Part shown: piece by piece, positions 1 to 12,242 of the stretch
Layout of the letters: each line of letters begins with the position of its first letter
Position numbering within the stretch: position 1 is the stretch's first letter
Source: Camelus ferus
Taxonomy: Eukaryota
Reading direction: 5' to 3'
Assembly: GCF_009834535.1 (NCBI RefSeq)
Contig: NC_045732.1
Coordinates: forward strand, 77,810,001-77,874,000
Length of the DNA stretch: 64,000 bases
The notes under the pieces: model-generated
What the model saw: only the letters and a program-made list of their open reading frames with translations
What the model was told of the DNA's origin: nothing
Database searches by the model: none
Made by a program: the position numbers and the translations under genes

Positions 1-420
1 TCGGTCGCCTGGAGGCGGGTCTAGTCACGACTCGAGCTTAGTCATTGGCGGATCTAGCCAGAAGGGGTGGGCAGGAAGGCGGTGCTCCGTGGCTTCCGGT
101 GGGTGCGCTGAAGGGAGGTGAGGAGATAGACGCGGGGGCGGTCCGGGCGGGGCACGACGGGGCGGGGCACGACGCGGCAGGACGACGCCCGGGCCTGCTC
201 GTCAGCGCCCTGGGGCTTTGGACTCCGCCCTCGGCTCCTCTGAGTCCTGGGCCGGGCCAGAGTCCCGGTTCCCCGAGACCCCGGGGGTCTACGCTCTCTC
301 CGGGGGAGAGGCGGAAGAGAAGCCTCCTCAGAGTCCAGGCCCCGGGAGACCTGAGGGCGCCCCTCCCGCCGCTCCTGGCAGGACTCCCACCACTGTCCCG
401 AGGGTGTCTGGCCCTCTAGG
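1..420. promoter_or_regulatory. CpG-rich promoter-like segment with no linked gene in the window
   Basis: High CpG density, tandem GGGCGGGGCACGACG GC-box repeats (~146-175), ETS-like CTTCCGG (~93-99) and ATTGG (~44-48). Confidence 0.35.
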
Positions 421-918
421 TGGCCGGGGATTGTGTATTGGGGTCCCCAGGGGCCTGGTGAGTGGGGAGGGAGGGCAGATGGCAAAGGGCACGGTCTCCG
501 GCTCCCCCCCCCCCCCCCCCCGCAAGTCCTTGCCTCTGAGGGCGGCCTTACTCCGCACTTCTTGGAGCTTCCATCCTCCCAGAGCTCAGAATGTAGCACT
601 CTCTCCGACCCACACACACCCTTGCCCGGCCCACTGTGTTCCAGCGCCCCTGAGTGTGACTGGGACGGGCTCTGTGAAGCATGGATCCTCCCTCCTCCAC
701 GCACACATACACACACAAGCTAGTATCCAGGGAGAGGTGGGCAGAGCTGGGGCCAGTACCCGGAGCCATGGTATCTGCCAGAGGTGTCTGTCCAGGCTTC
801 TGGAGGTAGGGTCGTGAGGTCGGCAAGAAGTAACAAAGTCTTCCCCATGTCACTTGACAGGTGTGGCTTGCTGGGAGGGAATCCTGCCCAAGCACGCCTG
901 TTCTCCAGGACAACCTGT
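223..918 (+). repeat. Diverged outer inverted duplication, left copy (partner ~39806-40455)
   Basis: Collinear reverse-complement matches: 477-488 vs 40178-40189 (12/12), 521-549 vs 40125-40153 (22/29), 771-788 vs 39902-39919 (16/18), 848-865 vs 39836-39853 (16/18), 901-918 vs 39806-39823 (17/18). Confidence 0.85.
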
Positions 919-1096
919 GGTTGCAGCCATCAGCCATCAGTGCCTGCCTCTCTGCCTGCCTGCCTCTCACCTGGGGAGGTCAAGGTGAACCCCGCAGAGA
1001 AAGCTCGTGGCTTCTCGAGAAGTGGGCACGATCAGGAACCATCCGTCCTGGTGGTTCTCACGCTGGGAGGTGCGTGGGAACACCTGGAAGGCTTCT

Positions 1097-1247
1097 NNNN
1101 NNNNNNNNNNNNNNNNNNNNNNNNNNNNNNNNNNNNNNNNNNNNNNNNNNNNNNNNNNNNNNNNNNNNNNNNNNNNNNNNNNNNNNNNNNNNNNNNNNNN
1201 NNNNNNNNNNNNNNNNNNNNNNNNNNNNNNNNNNNNNNNNNNNNNNN
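1097..1247. other. Assembly gap (151 N)
   Basis: Run of N. Other gaps: 15115-15245, 18372-18599, 23879-24025, 31404-31607, 35377-35476, 43081-43242, 50889-51036, 62830-63054. Confidence 1.
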
Positions 1248-4200
1248 CTGCTCTAGAGGCCTAGAGTGCTGTGTGTGTGCCCCCTGCCCTACCCAGGGCT
1301 GGCTCCTTTGCAGGGTCCCTGTGGGCCTGGGAAGTGCCAGGAGGGTGCTAGCTCTTGCGAGATCAGGAGTTTCCCATTGAGTAATGGTCGCCCTTCCCTG
1401 CCTGGGGGCACTGCAGGATGCCATCCTCAGTCCAGGCAAGATAAGGTGTCATGTTTGTACACGTGCTCAGCAGGTTCCAGACTGGGGCTGATAACATCTG
1501 GACAAGGAGGAGAGGGGGCGGAGATCAGATTTGTGTCTGGGCGTGGGGATGGAAAGGACTCTGACGAGGCAGAGGAGAAAGACCCGAATGCCGAGCTCGG
1601 GGATGGGAAAGGAACCTGGGCCCTGAGACCGAGACCAAGCCGACTGGGGGGAGCGTGGAGACCAGAAAGGGGCTTGTCTGCCCAGGAAGTGCCCTGACAG
1701 TTGTCTGGGCTGTGGGTGTGGCCCGCCCTCCAGCTGGGGGGAAGCTGTCGCCTTTCCTGCCAAAGGTTCCTCACCTATAGGGTCTCCCAGCTCCTGGGTG
1801 ATGCTGCCCGGACAGACCTGCTCAACACCCAACACCACCACCCACCGCTTTGGCCAGTCTTTGCGGTGGATAGTCTTTGTTCGGCTCCAGGATGGCCTGC
1901 CGTCTAGTTGGAGCGGCAGAGGAAATGCAGTGCCAGTCACCCGCCACCATTTGTGCCCGGAATGAGCAGCTCTGGGACCTCGGCAGCCCAGCATGCTCTG
2001 CCTGTGGACTCAGGTGGCGCAGGAGCCTTTGGCTTTCATTTCCCGCCTTCCCCTCTTCCACCCCCTTTTCCTGTTGGGTCATTGGCTTTTCCAACTGGTC
2101 CCTGACTGCTTCAAGCTCTCTCTACTCTAATGATAGGAGCCCTGAGTCACATCTCGCTACTGTTTTTTCCCCGCTTTGTCACTTGTCTCTTGACTTTGTG
2201 GTTTGGTCGGGCAGATGATTTCAGTTTTTATGTCATCAGACTTTCCAGGCTTTTCCTAATGGCTTCTGGGGTTTCTCATCGGTTTGTTTGCTTCAGACTG
2301 ACTTAGAGTGGCCTCCATTTAAAATCATCGTGTAGTAGTCACCTATTGCTGGGTAAGAAATTACCCCAAATGTGGTACCTTAACGCAGCTAGCACTTTGT
2401 GGTCTCCCAAGTGTCTGAAAATCAGGATCCTAGAAGGCTTGGCTGAGGGATTCCTGCTCGGGGTCTCTCACAGGCTGCAGTCCAGGCGTCAGTTGGGGCC
2501 ACGGCCATTGGGTCTGCCTGGGGGTGGAGGTGGGGGGCTCTGCTTTCCAAGATCGCTCACTTGCCTGTGGCAGGAGCCTCAGGCCTCCCCACCAGGCCTC
2601 TCCATAGGGCTGCTCAGGGCAGGGCTTCCCCAGAGCCAGCGATCTGAGAGAGACAGAGCAGCCCCAAGATCGGAGCTGCAATGTTTTTTCAAATAACTTC
2701 ATCTCTAAGGCACACTCCCTCCCCTCTGCTGTAGTGTTATGGGTCACACAGGTAAACCCAGGAACAACGCAGGACAGGATGATACCCACTAGGGCGTAAG
2801 TGGTTCCTGTTCATGGCGAATGAGAAGGCTCCGAGGAGTGTCCTTGCTGCTGAACCTGGGTCGGGGACTCCTGGTCCCACACAGGCTCCTCAGGAATGTG
2901 TCCTTTGTGTAAGCTGGGGTGGTGAGTTCCAGCCCCGGGGCCAGGACAGACAGGGCCTGTGTTTGCAAGGGCAGAGGGTGGCTCTTCATCTTTAAATGGT
3001 TGCAAGCAAAACACACAGAAGGCCAGAGAAAGAAGGAATATGTGACAGAGCCCCAGTGTGACCCACAGTGCCCACGGTGTGTGCCTTCTGCCCTCTGCCC
3101 TCTGCGGAGGAGTGCAGCACTGCTGGCAGCCCCAGCTGGTTGTGCAGCCCTGGACACACGGGCAGGAAGCTCTTTGTCATCACAGCAGCACATTCACTGC
3201 CAGGGCCGTGTAAGTCCCCACCCAGGCCTGGGCCCCAGGGTGCTCTCCCACCTCCAAGGTCCCCACTCAGTGGTTCAGTCCTGCCCCCACCCCACTCCCT
3301 CTCCTTCCCAGTGTGTGTGTGGCGGTGGCGGGGGCAGCTACCTTGCCTGAGGCTGGGGTGACCTCTCTCTGCACATGGGTGCAGCGCCTCCCCTCTCTTC
3401 CCCTCCCCTCCCACCCTCCACCTCGCAGCTGTGATCTGGGTTGGGACAGGGAGGAGAGAACTGGGGCCACGCTGTGCAGGTGCAGGCTGACAAGCCCCTT
3501 TTCTTCAGTGACCGTGTCAGGTAGCCCCGTACTGGGCTCTGGTGGCTCAGTGGTGGCAGGCGCCAGCCTGAGATGGCAGCCGAGTGTCCAGTTGGTCCCA
3601 GGAGGGAGCTCCCCCTGTGGCTGAAGGGGCCTGGAGATGTGCCTGCCCCATCCTTCTTGGCTGGCACTCAGACACGACTTCCCGATGACACGCTTGGTGG
3701 CTCTGCATTTGACACACAGGTTCTGTGGGCGGTGAGTGCTTTTCCTGTTGGCTCTCACTGCTGGGCAACGCCGGGTCCCTTGGCGACAGCTCCCAGCAGC
3801 ATCCAAGGCCGCCATGCACTTCTGGAACCCAGGGATGGTGGGTTTCTGGAGAGCTGGGCTCTCTGTCCCCCAGGAGCAGAGACCGAGGCCATGCCTGCTG
3901 GGCCTCACCTCGGGGCTTGTGGTCGTGGCTCCTGGGCACGCCCTTTGGCCAGGGTGTTAGGCCTCATGGCCCTGGGGCTCCCCTGGAGACGCTCAGGCCC
4001 GGTGCAGCCCCACACTCCTGGGCCGTCTGACTGTCCCGCTGACCCGTGACTGAGTAAGAGCCACGTTCCGGTCCCTCCAGTTCCTGGGCAGGAGGAATAA
4101 GCAGGAGGGCCCGGCTTCCCTGCAGTCTTCCCTCTGAGGCAGCCTGCCACAGGGGCCCTGGGGACTGGAGGGGGACTGGGTCTTCCCTCACCCAGCTGCA

Positions 4201-7200
4201 CAGGCGCCCTTGCCTGGGGGAGCTCCTCCTAGTGGCCCGCTCTGTGGGTGGTGTGGGTGGGCACAGTCAGGGCAGCAGCCGGACCCCGTCCCCACCCAGC
4301 CTCCCGCCACCGCCAGGGCTGGTCCTTGGCCCTCACCCTCCCCGCGGGAGGGCCTGGGTGCCTTTCCCATTGAACACAGGACGTCTGTGCCTGGCCCGTC
4401 CTCACAGGTGTGCGGACCAAGGGCAGTCTCCCAACCCCACCCATCATTCAGTGGTTTCCTCAGCCCTGCTGCCCTGGCTGAGGCCTCGCTGGGCTCGTGG
4501 GGACCTTCCAGATACCCGTGGTAGAGGTGGACGAGGCCGGCCCGACCTCTGAGCAGCACCGCGTGGCCCTGCCTGCCGGGTAGCATCCTCCCTGGAGATG
4601 CCTGTGGCCTGAGGACGAGGCTGGTGTGGGAGCTGGCAGCAGCCGGGCCCTGGAGCGGGATGAGACACCCCGGGCAGCAGAGCGCCAGCACACAAACACG
4701 CGGTCCGCGTGGCCCGCGCCCAGCACTCCGCGTGCCTGCTGACCCTGACCTAGCGGCCACCTCCTTCCTGGGGGGTGGCTTCTTCTGGCTCCATCGGGGT
4801 TCCGGGATGGGGGTGGCCTCCCTCGAGCACCCAGCCCTGTGCCTTGGAGTTGGGCCAGGTCGCCCATGCTGGGGGGCCTTGCAGGAACCCCAGGTGTCTT
4901 CAGACTAATGTTGCCCTTGTTGAAATGCTGAGGCTCCCTCCCTGTCAGATGGGTGGCGGCTCCATCCTGAGTGGCTGCTGCTCCCCTTCCCCACCTGGGT
5001 GCCTCCCATCCTCCTGGAGGAACAGGCAGCAGGGAGGGTCAGGTGCAGAGGTGTGGCCAGAGCAGGGGTCGGGGCTGCTGTGGTTGGGGCAGTCAGCTCC
5101 GCCTTCCCCCTGTCCTGCCTGGCTTGGACTCCGACCAGACAGGACCTGCGGGACAGAGGTGGAGGCTGCTCCTGACCTGGGCGACCCGCCATCCCCTCCC
5201 CAGACTTAATAGGTGAGGTGGGGTTGCCTGGGGAGGGCATGTGGCTGGGTCCTCTCCCCGGCTCCTGGCATGTGTTGGCGAGCAGGGCTCGGGCGTGGGG
5301 CCTGTTGGGGCCGGGCCACCACCCCTGCTGGCTCTGGATGGGTGGCCCAGCCTGGACACCCTGTGTGTGAGCCCGGCTGAGGGCCTGGGCCTTGTGATTC
5401 CCTGTGTCCTCCTAGCAGTCCGGGTGTCCTCTGGGGGAGTTGCTCAGTGGGGCCGGGGCCCAGGCCATTCTCCCCCAGCAGGATGGGGTCCTGGTGCTCC
5501 TTTTCCTGGTGCCATCTGCCTGTCCTCCCCTAAAACCCCTCGCAGGGATGGTGCCCCAGTCTTGTTTCCTCCTGTCCCCTGCCTAGGCGGGCCTCAGGCT
5601 CAGGTCCGGTCTATCCTGTAGCCTCTGTCCTCTGGGTCCTGTTTCCCCCCAGGTTGGCATCTTTCCCCCCTTGCCGACCCATGGGCCTCATGGTTGCCTG
5701 GGCGTGATGTGGCATCTGGGAGGGGACAGGGACTCCTGGTTAGCTGGGCTCAGCTCTGGGGCCATTCTCCCACGAGGGTCCCCACCAGGCAGGGGCTTGG
5801 AAAGGATGGGAGGCGGGACTGTCTCCTCTTGGCAGACTGGCCCAGGGAGGGGGCAGGAGGCTCTGGGCGATTCATGGAAAGGAGGTGTGCCATGTGGGTG
5901 GCAGGTGGGCCGAGAGGAGGAGGGGGTGCCTGGGGGGGGAACCTCTATCCCCCCAGTGGTGCTAGACCTCTCTGTGCCTGGCTCTGCCTCCTCTCCAGCT
6001 GAGCAGCTTCTAGAAGCCTCCAGTGTGCCTGCCTCGCTCCCGTCTCAGCCCAGCAGGCTCCACAGAGAAGTGGTGGTTCAGGGGGCGGGGCCTGCCCTGG
6101 GAGGGGGAGGGTGGAGTCTCCAGGGACTGGCCCTTTGTGCAACAAACCAGCCTAGGAGAGTAGTAGTGCCATTGTCCTCTCCATTAGGCCCTTGGGGCCT
6201 GGAGTGGTTCATCCTCATAGAGCCAGAGGCTGTGCACCCCTTGGCCTGTCCTCTTGGATGGATGCCTCTGTAGTGCTGGCACCAGCTCAGTAGCCACCCT
6301 CTCTAGTTAAAGCAGCTGTCCCAACACAGAGTGGTGGTCAAGGCAGAGGGGGCCCTAGGCCTGCCCAGTATTGTCTGCCCCCTCCCCTGGATCTGAGGGT
6401 CTGGGGCAGAGGTCGAGGGGCTGGATTAGGAGCTAGGCTTCCTGGCTCCACCTGTGTCCCGCCCACAGCGTCCTCTTCTCTGCACTCCACCAGGGATGCA
6501 CTCAGCTTCTCGTGCAGAGGCCCAAGGGACTTGCTCCATTGCAAGGGCTGGCTGCTTGGGCTCCTCCCTGCCTGACAGCCGCTGCAACCCCCAGCCCGTG
6601 GCACCCCCACTGCAGGGGGCCCCTCAGAGCTCCTGTGGGAGGTAGTCTCAGAGTCCTGGAAAGCACTAGGTCGAGACCTCGAAATCTGGGGTCCCTCAGG
6701 GGCTCACGGAGCCCTCAAAAGCCTTTGGGTTGGGGTGCTCAGAGCAGTAGGGGGCACTTAGTGCCCTTATGGAGATCTGGAACCCTGGGAAGTGGGGCCC
6801 AGCCTGAAGGGGAGTCCTGGAGGGGGGCCAGAGCCTTTGGGAGCTATCAGAACTCTGGGAGGGGGTGGCTCAGCCCTGGGGCAGGAGGCTTGAAGCCCCT
6901 CAGGAGCCTGCAGTCACCTTCCCTTGGTGGGTGGTGATCAATGCATGTGGTTGCCCTTGGGGAATAAATGAAGAAAGGTGGAGACTGTCTCCTGGGTGGT
7001 AACTCTTTCCTTTCTTTCCTCTCTCAAGACACCACAATGGTTGCCAAGCACACCTAGCCTCCCCTTTCCCTGCTTTCCCTGCAACAGATGGAGGACTGAA
7101 GCCCGCAGAGGGCATTCCATCCAGAGGCCTCGGTCTCTCCCCTTCCTTGTGATGCCTCAAGCCCAGCTCTCCTTCCTCCTGTGCTGTCCCTTCTCTCTGC

Positions 7201-7299
7201 CTCAGCTACTCCCAAGTGTCAGCACATAAGCCTTACCATTTCTCTAGGCTTCACCTGACTCTTCCCAGACTCCTTGGGGCTCCAGCAGTCCCCGGTAGT

Positions 7300-7420
7300 G
7301 AGTGATTGTTGGGGACCATTCTCACAGGCTCAGTCCCTGCTCGTAACATACTTGATTTGGGATCAGTTGCTGAAACAAGATGTCTCACTGTGCCCCTCTG
7401 TAGTCCCCATGCACTGGCAA
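7300..7420. mobile_element. Degenerate MIR SINE fragment
   Basis: Resembles the MIR core by eye (ctcagtccctgctcgtaacatacttg...ctctgtagtccccatg); boundaries approximate. Confidence 0.4.
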
Positions 7421-8660
7421 CCTGATTGCTTGTTCTGCTCCTCCCCCAATGCAGGCTCACTGATCTTACCATCAGGCCCTGTTGTCACCAACGAGGAGGC
7501 AGCATCTCTGCCCATGCCCACCACCCACCATGAATCATCCAAGCCTCAGCTCTTGCACTGGGATGACAAGGGGCCTGGGGACTCCACGCCAGTTGGCTGG
7601 GTGCTGGGAGAGCCAGGTGGGAGTGGCTTGCAGAGGCTGTGGGAGTGGTGAGAAAATCTGAAGCAACTAAGTTCTTTCATTCTTTTCTGTATATATATGT
7701 ATCTTTTCTGTATATTTTAAATGCATAAAAAGGTGTTACTTTTAGGAAAACACATACATACCAAAAAAAAAGTGCAGGGACAGACTAGGGTGCAGCAAAA
7801 AAATGAGCAGGAGTGTTGGGTGGGAGGGTTCCAGCCCCTGCCCTGGCTGGAGCTCACCATGTGGCCCTGGACAGCCAAGTGCCTGCAAAGACTCAGGAGC
7901 CCACAGTGCACGTGCAGGTGAGAGGCCAGCCCTGCCATGTCCTATCTACCATCTGTAGCCAGGAGCCACCAGAGGTGAGGAACTGGTGTCAGGGCCCCAC
8001 CCAACGGGGAAGCCCTGGTGGAGCCAGCCTCTCTGCTTTTCAGCCCCCTGCTGGCGGTGTAGAGCCAGAGTGCACGGCCTCACATGGCGTCCTACACTGG
8101 GTTACCTCAGCACCTGCCGTTAAAGTTGTACCTAAACTTTGAAAATTAGGAAATACCCGTGGCAGAAAACCAGGAGGTAATTGAGAATAGCCAGGTGAGG
8201 GAATGGTTAACCCGAAGGTGATGGGGCATTTCCGGGTATTGGGAGCCTTCCCCTGTCATTAAACAATCAGCTTTCCAATAGAAATGGCCCACCAAGCAGA
8301 ACCCTTCCCATCTCCCTGCCCTGGGACACTGAGGTGGGCGTCTGCTTTTCCCAGTTAGGACATCCACAACTGACGTCGTCCATGCCGCCTTGCCTGCATT
8401 TCCGGGTGGGCTGTCCGTGGGCTGTAATTCTTAAGTAGTTACAAGAGCTTTGGTAACAAATCAGGAAATGGACCCTACAAGCAAAACACATATGTACCCA
8501 CGGGTAGCATGTGATCCCTACCCTTAACCGAAAAGAAAAAGGAAGAACAAAGCCAGATGTCAACTCTGGAGACCCAAGCCCCAGAGGCCCTGAGCAGGGG
8601 GCAGCCCAACCCCTCCCCACATTAAAGGGAAGAGCCCACATGTTAAAAATAAACGGTCTT

Positions 8661-8666
8661 TTTATT
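8661..8666 (-). terminator. EMD: EMD polyadenylation signal AATAAA
   Basis: TTTATT on + about 375 nt beyond the EMD stop codon. Confidence 0.75.
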
Positions 8667-9039
8667 GTGCGTTCATGAAAACAAAGTCAGGGTGGCCTTT
8701 GGTTAATCCCCCCCAATGAAGTGACAACAAATCATGCAATGACAACCACCATGTTCTCTCCAGGAGAAGGGTCTTGCCCTCCTAGGCCCTTAAGGGTCAG
8801 AGGCAAGCAGGGCCAGGAGGCTCCAGAGGAAGGCCCGCCCAGGCCCACCATGCTGCAGAGGGTCTGGTCCTGCTGCCTCCCTGGCAGGACAAGGCAGGAG
8901 AAGCAAACATTGCCCCTTTCCCAGGACCCCCAAGCTAGAACACAGAAAAGCCCCAACCCCCCTCCCCCAGCAAACACTGCTAAGGCAGTCAGCCAGGACT
9001 TCCAAGAGCAGCTGGCCCCAAAACCACGAAGCCAGACCC

Positions 9040-10858
9040 TCAGGGGTCTGCCCAGAAGGGGTTGCCATCCTCAGCCTGCATGGAGTAGTAAACAAAGAGC
9101 AGGAAGGCAGCGAAGACCAGGAACAGGAGCATCTGACCCCAGAGTGGGACCTGGCGCTCCTGACCCAGACCTGCCCCAGGGGCCTGCTTTTCGGGCCGGA
9201 TGGCACGGCGGGTGAGCCACGAAGGTGGGGGAGATGAAGATGAGGACACTGGAGAGGTAGAGGAGGAGGTGGGGTAATAGGACAGGCCCAGGGAGCTTCT
9301 GGAGACGTTGGAAACGGGGCGGTAGTGTGCGATGCTCTGGTAGGCACTGTCACGACCATACACGGGGCGCTCCCTGAGGCAAAGAGGAGAGTGGATAGGT
9401 CAGGAGGGCCTGAGCCCAGAACCAGCCCCAATCCCTGGCCCTCCCTACTACTCACCTATCCTTGCCTTCTTCTTCGGAAGAGAAAAGACTGTCATCGCGA
9501 ACCTACAGAAGTGAATCAGGGTAAAAAGATACTGCCTGGTGAGGTCAGCGTGGTCCTGTCACATCCCTTAATCCAAACTTCCCTGTCCAGCCTACTCTGA
9601 ATACTGCTTAAAAGCCGGGGCCTCGCCACCCTCCAGAAGCCTTCTCAGTTCCCGGCCCTATCTGTGGGGCCTTGCCACTTGCTCAGTGACTGTCCTGACT
9701 GCCTGCACCCTACTTTCTGCCCCAGGATTCTCAGAAAGAGCTCAAACCCAGATCCCAGACCAGAGTGTAGGGCATGTCCCAGGTCCTTTAGTCAGACAGT
9801 TGTGACAGCCCCGCAAAGAAAGGTCCTGACTAGGCAGGCAACTGCTGAGCCCACCTCTCCCTGGAGGCTTAGGAGCCACCATTTGCACCCAGTGCCCCCC
9901 CAGTGTATCCAAACCCAGCGATGACCCCCTCAGGTTGTACCCAAGTATAGGGGGTCCAATGGCCAGCTCACCTGGTGGTGGAAGGTGTCAGCATCTGAGA
10001 GTGAAGCGGAGGGCTGGCGGAAGCCCTTGGATGTGCCTACAGACTCAGGCTCTCCGTAAGTCCTGGTGCTCAAGTAACTCTCCTCGTAGTAGTCATCGTT
10101 GTAGCCTTGGGAAGGAGGGGCAGCGGTAGCAGAAGGGGCAGCGGTGTCCCCCGCCTGGCGCGATGGCCCTAATCTGGCGCCCACTTGGGGGCCTGTGACA
10201 TAATTTCTCCCCTCCAAGGCCACTGTAGGACCATGGGGGTTGAGGTGTCAGGTTCTTCCTGACACCGGGATCCCTGAAGGAGTGGAACGAGGGTGCCAGG
10301 GTGCCCACCCCACCCTGGCCTTACCCTTGCTCTGGTAAAGTAAAGCGTCCTCTTTCTTGGGCAGATCGTACATATCCGAGTCCATGGACGCCGCATCTAA
10401 GTCTGAATGGGGGAGGGGCCAGGACCATTTGCTCCAGGCTCCCCTCCCTCTTCCCCGTGCCCCTCCCAACCAGCGGCCCCACCACACCCGCGAGACTCCT
10501 TCCTCCCCGTCGCCCAAAGCCTGTCCCCGCAGGCGGCCAAGTGGAGCTCTGCGGCGGGGGCCTTACCCGAGAACCGATAGGAGAAAGGGGATGCGGACGA
10601 GTTCGGGGGCGAGAGCCTCCGCCTCTGGGTCTCAAACTCGAAGATTTTCTTTTCGTAGAGCTTGCGCGTGGAACCTGGCCAGACAGGGGGCGCAAGGCCG
10701 TCAGGGGCGCGGGCTGAGAGCCCGGGGCAGCGCGGGGAGGGGGCCCGCCCGCAGCCCGCCGCCCGCCGCCGCGTACCCACGACAGGCCCGTGCGGGATGT
10801 TGTACTGGCGCAGCACGGCGGCTAGCTCGGCGTCCGACAGGCCCGCGTAGTCGTCCAT
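9040..10858 (-). CDS. EMD: Emerin (LEM-domain inner nuclear membrane protein), 6 exons, 260 aa
   Basis: Coding exons 10858-10777, 10674-10567, 10402-10325, 10105-9972, 9502-9456, 9373-9040, all GT-AG; 783 nt in total. LEM domain [38 protein letters not shown]; C-terminal TM segment [24 protein letters not shown]; ends GNPFWADP*. Confidence 0.99.
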
Positions 10859-10974
10859 GACGGGCAGCGGGCGGCGGAGGCCTAGGGGGTGGCCCGGGCC
10901 TGGCGACACGAGCCGGGCTACGGCTGCCTCGGAACGCGGCGGCAGCGCGAGCGCCTCGGGAGCGGCTGGGCTCA

Positions 10975-11499
10975 CGTCACCCCTGCGTCACGCTCGCGTC
11001 ACAGCCGCGGTCTCTGCGGGCCGCGCGCGCTGCGCGGGGCGGAGACAGGCCCGGAGAACCGCCCGCGCAGACTAGTCGAGCCACGGGAACGGGCCGGGCG
11101 GGGCTGGCCAGCCCAGACGTCACGGACGAACGGGATTGGCTGGAGGCGAAAGACGGGCGTAGAGTGCGTCAGCGGCAAAGCTGCGCAGACCAGTCCGGCC
11201 GTGGGAGCGGGCGGGGCTGCGCGCCTGGGAGAAGGGGCGGTGTCGGCGGGCCAAGCGTCGTCACACGCTAGCGCGTTCGGGCTAGACACGAGGAAGGGCG
11301 GGGCCTGCGCTCAAGGGGGAGGAGCGTAGACCCGTGGGGACGTGGGAGAGGGGCGGGGCCGGCGAGCCGAGGCGTCACCCGCTGGGACATTCGGGTGAGA
11401 AGTGAGGAAGTGAGGAGGGGCGGGGCCCGTAGCAGTGAAACCGGCATTAACTGGCTAGGACGTGGGAGCACTGGTCGTGCTCGCCCTCTGTGAGTGACG
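10975..11499 (-). promoter_or_regulatory. EMD: EMD CpG-island promoter with a cluster of CRE half-sites
   Basis: CGTCA(C) at 10975, 10986, 10997, 11118, 11167, 11259, 11373 and GTGACG at 11494; GC boxes; TATA-less. Confidence 0.75.
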
Positions 11500-12242
11500 T
11501 AGGCTCCGCTCAGTCCCCCCGCAGCCCTCGCGGTCCCCCTTCCTCCGAGATCCAGCGCTTGGGGGTCCCTGGCCGCGCCCAAGCCGGTCGCTCGGCAGCA
11601 GCATGAAGGGGCCCGATCTTAAGGGCAAGCCCTTGGAGAGCGCGGGTCCGGGCGAGGCGCTGCTGCCAGCGCTGTGCGCGCGTGCGCCACGCCAGCGGAG
11701 CCCGTGGCGCCCGGACCCCAGGCCGCCCCCCAGACTCCTTGCCCCAGCCGGCCTGCCCGCTCTGCACCGCCCTGGGCTGCGCACCTGCGCCCGCCGGTCC
11801 CCACCGCCTGCCTCCCTCCCAACCCGCTCCACCCAGGAGGAAATGGGGCACTGGGCCAGGAGGCCACAGGCGATCCAGGAGCAAGCAGCCCTGAAAGGGG
11901 CAGGGCGTGCCAATGGGCACTGGCAGAGGCCGCAGGGTGACGCATGCAGAGACAGCGAGTGTCCGTCTGACCCACCAGCAGTCCACCTGGGGCAGTAGGG
12001 GTTTCCTCTCCTGTCTGAATGGGCCCTGAGCCAGTGTGACCCAGGAGGCGGCCGGGCAGGGGTGGGGGGGGGTGTCTTCCAGACCCAGAGGGACCTGCGC
12101 AGTGGTTCCCTGAGGAACTGCTTGATGGGCTCTGTGCACCTGGGTCTGGGTGGGCTTCACTGTCACGTGGTGCAGAGGGGGCCCCCGGGACACAGGGGCC
12201 AGGGGACTGAAGGGGGCAGACCACCAAGGCCTGCTGAGGAGT
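11479..12242 (+). repeat. Inner inverted repeat, left arm (764 bp)
   Basis: Reverse complement of 17054-17829. Translations of the two arms are identical across the core (131-aa ORF 11603-11998 equals 17310-17705; the 227-aa ORF matches too); differences are confined to the ends. Confidence 0.98.

Noticed and set aside
1690-1830. Short inverted matches (GACAGACCTGCT, CTGACAGTT, CCCGCCYTCAGCTGGG) to ~37280-37400 as a continuation of the outer arm
   Set aside because: The matches are not collinear and cannot be told from chance by eye.
4440-4760. Possible exon of an unknown gene on the minus strand (acceptor-like CCCGCTCCAG, open frames)
   Set aside because: No recognisable protein and no consistent neighbouring exons; open frames are expected at this GC content.
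10859-10975. 39-codon N-terminal extension of emerin from an upstream GTG
   Set aside because: It lies at or over the probable transcription start among promoter motifs; the ATG at 10858 gives the canonical LEM N-terminus.
11603-11998. ATG-initiated 131-aa ORF (MKGPDLKG...) present twice (also 17310-17705, minus)
   Set aside because: The identity comes from the inverted repeat; the composition is GC-driven (Pro/Arg/Ala/Gly), with no recognisable domain and open frames in several phases.
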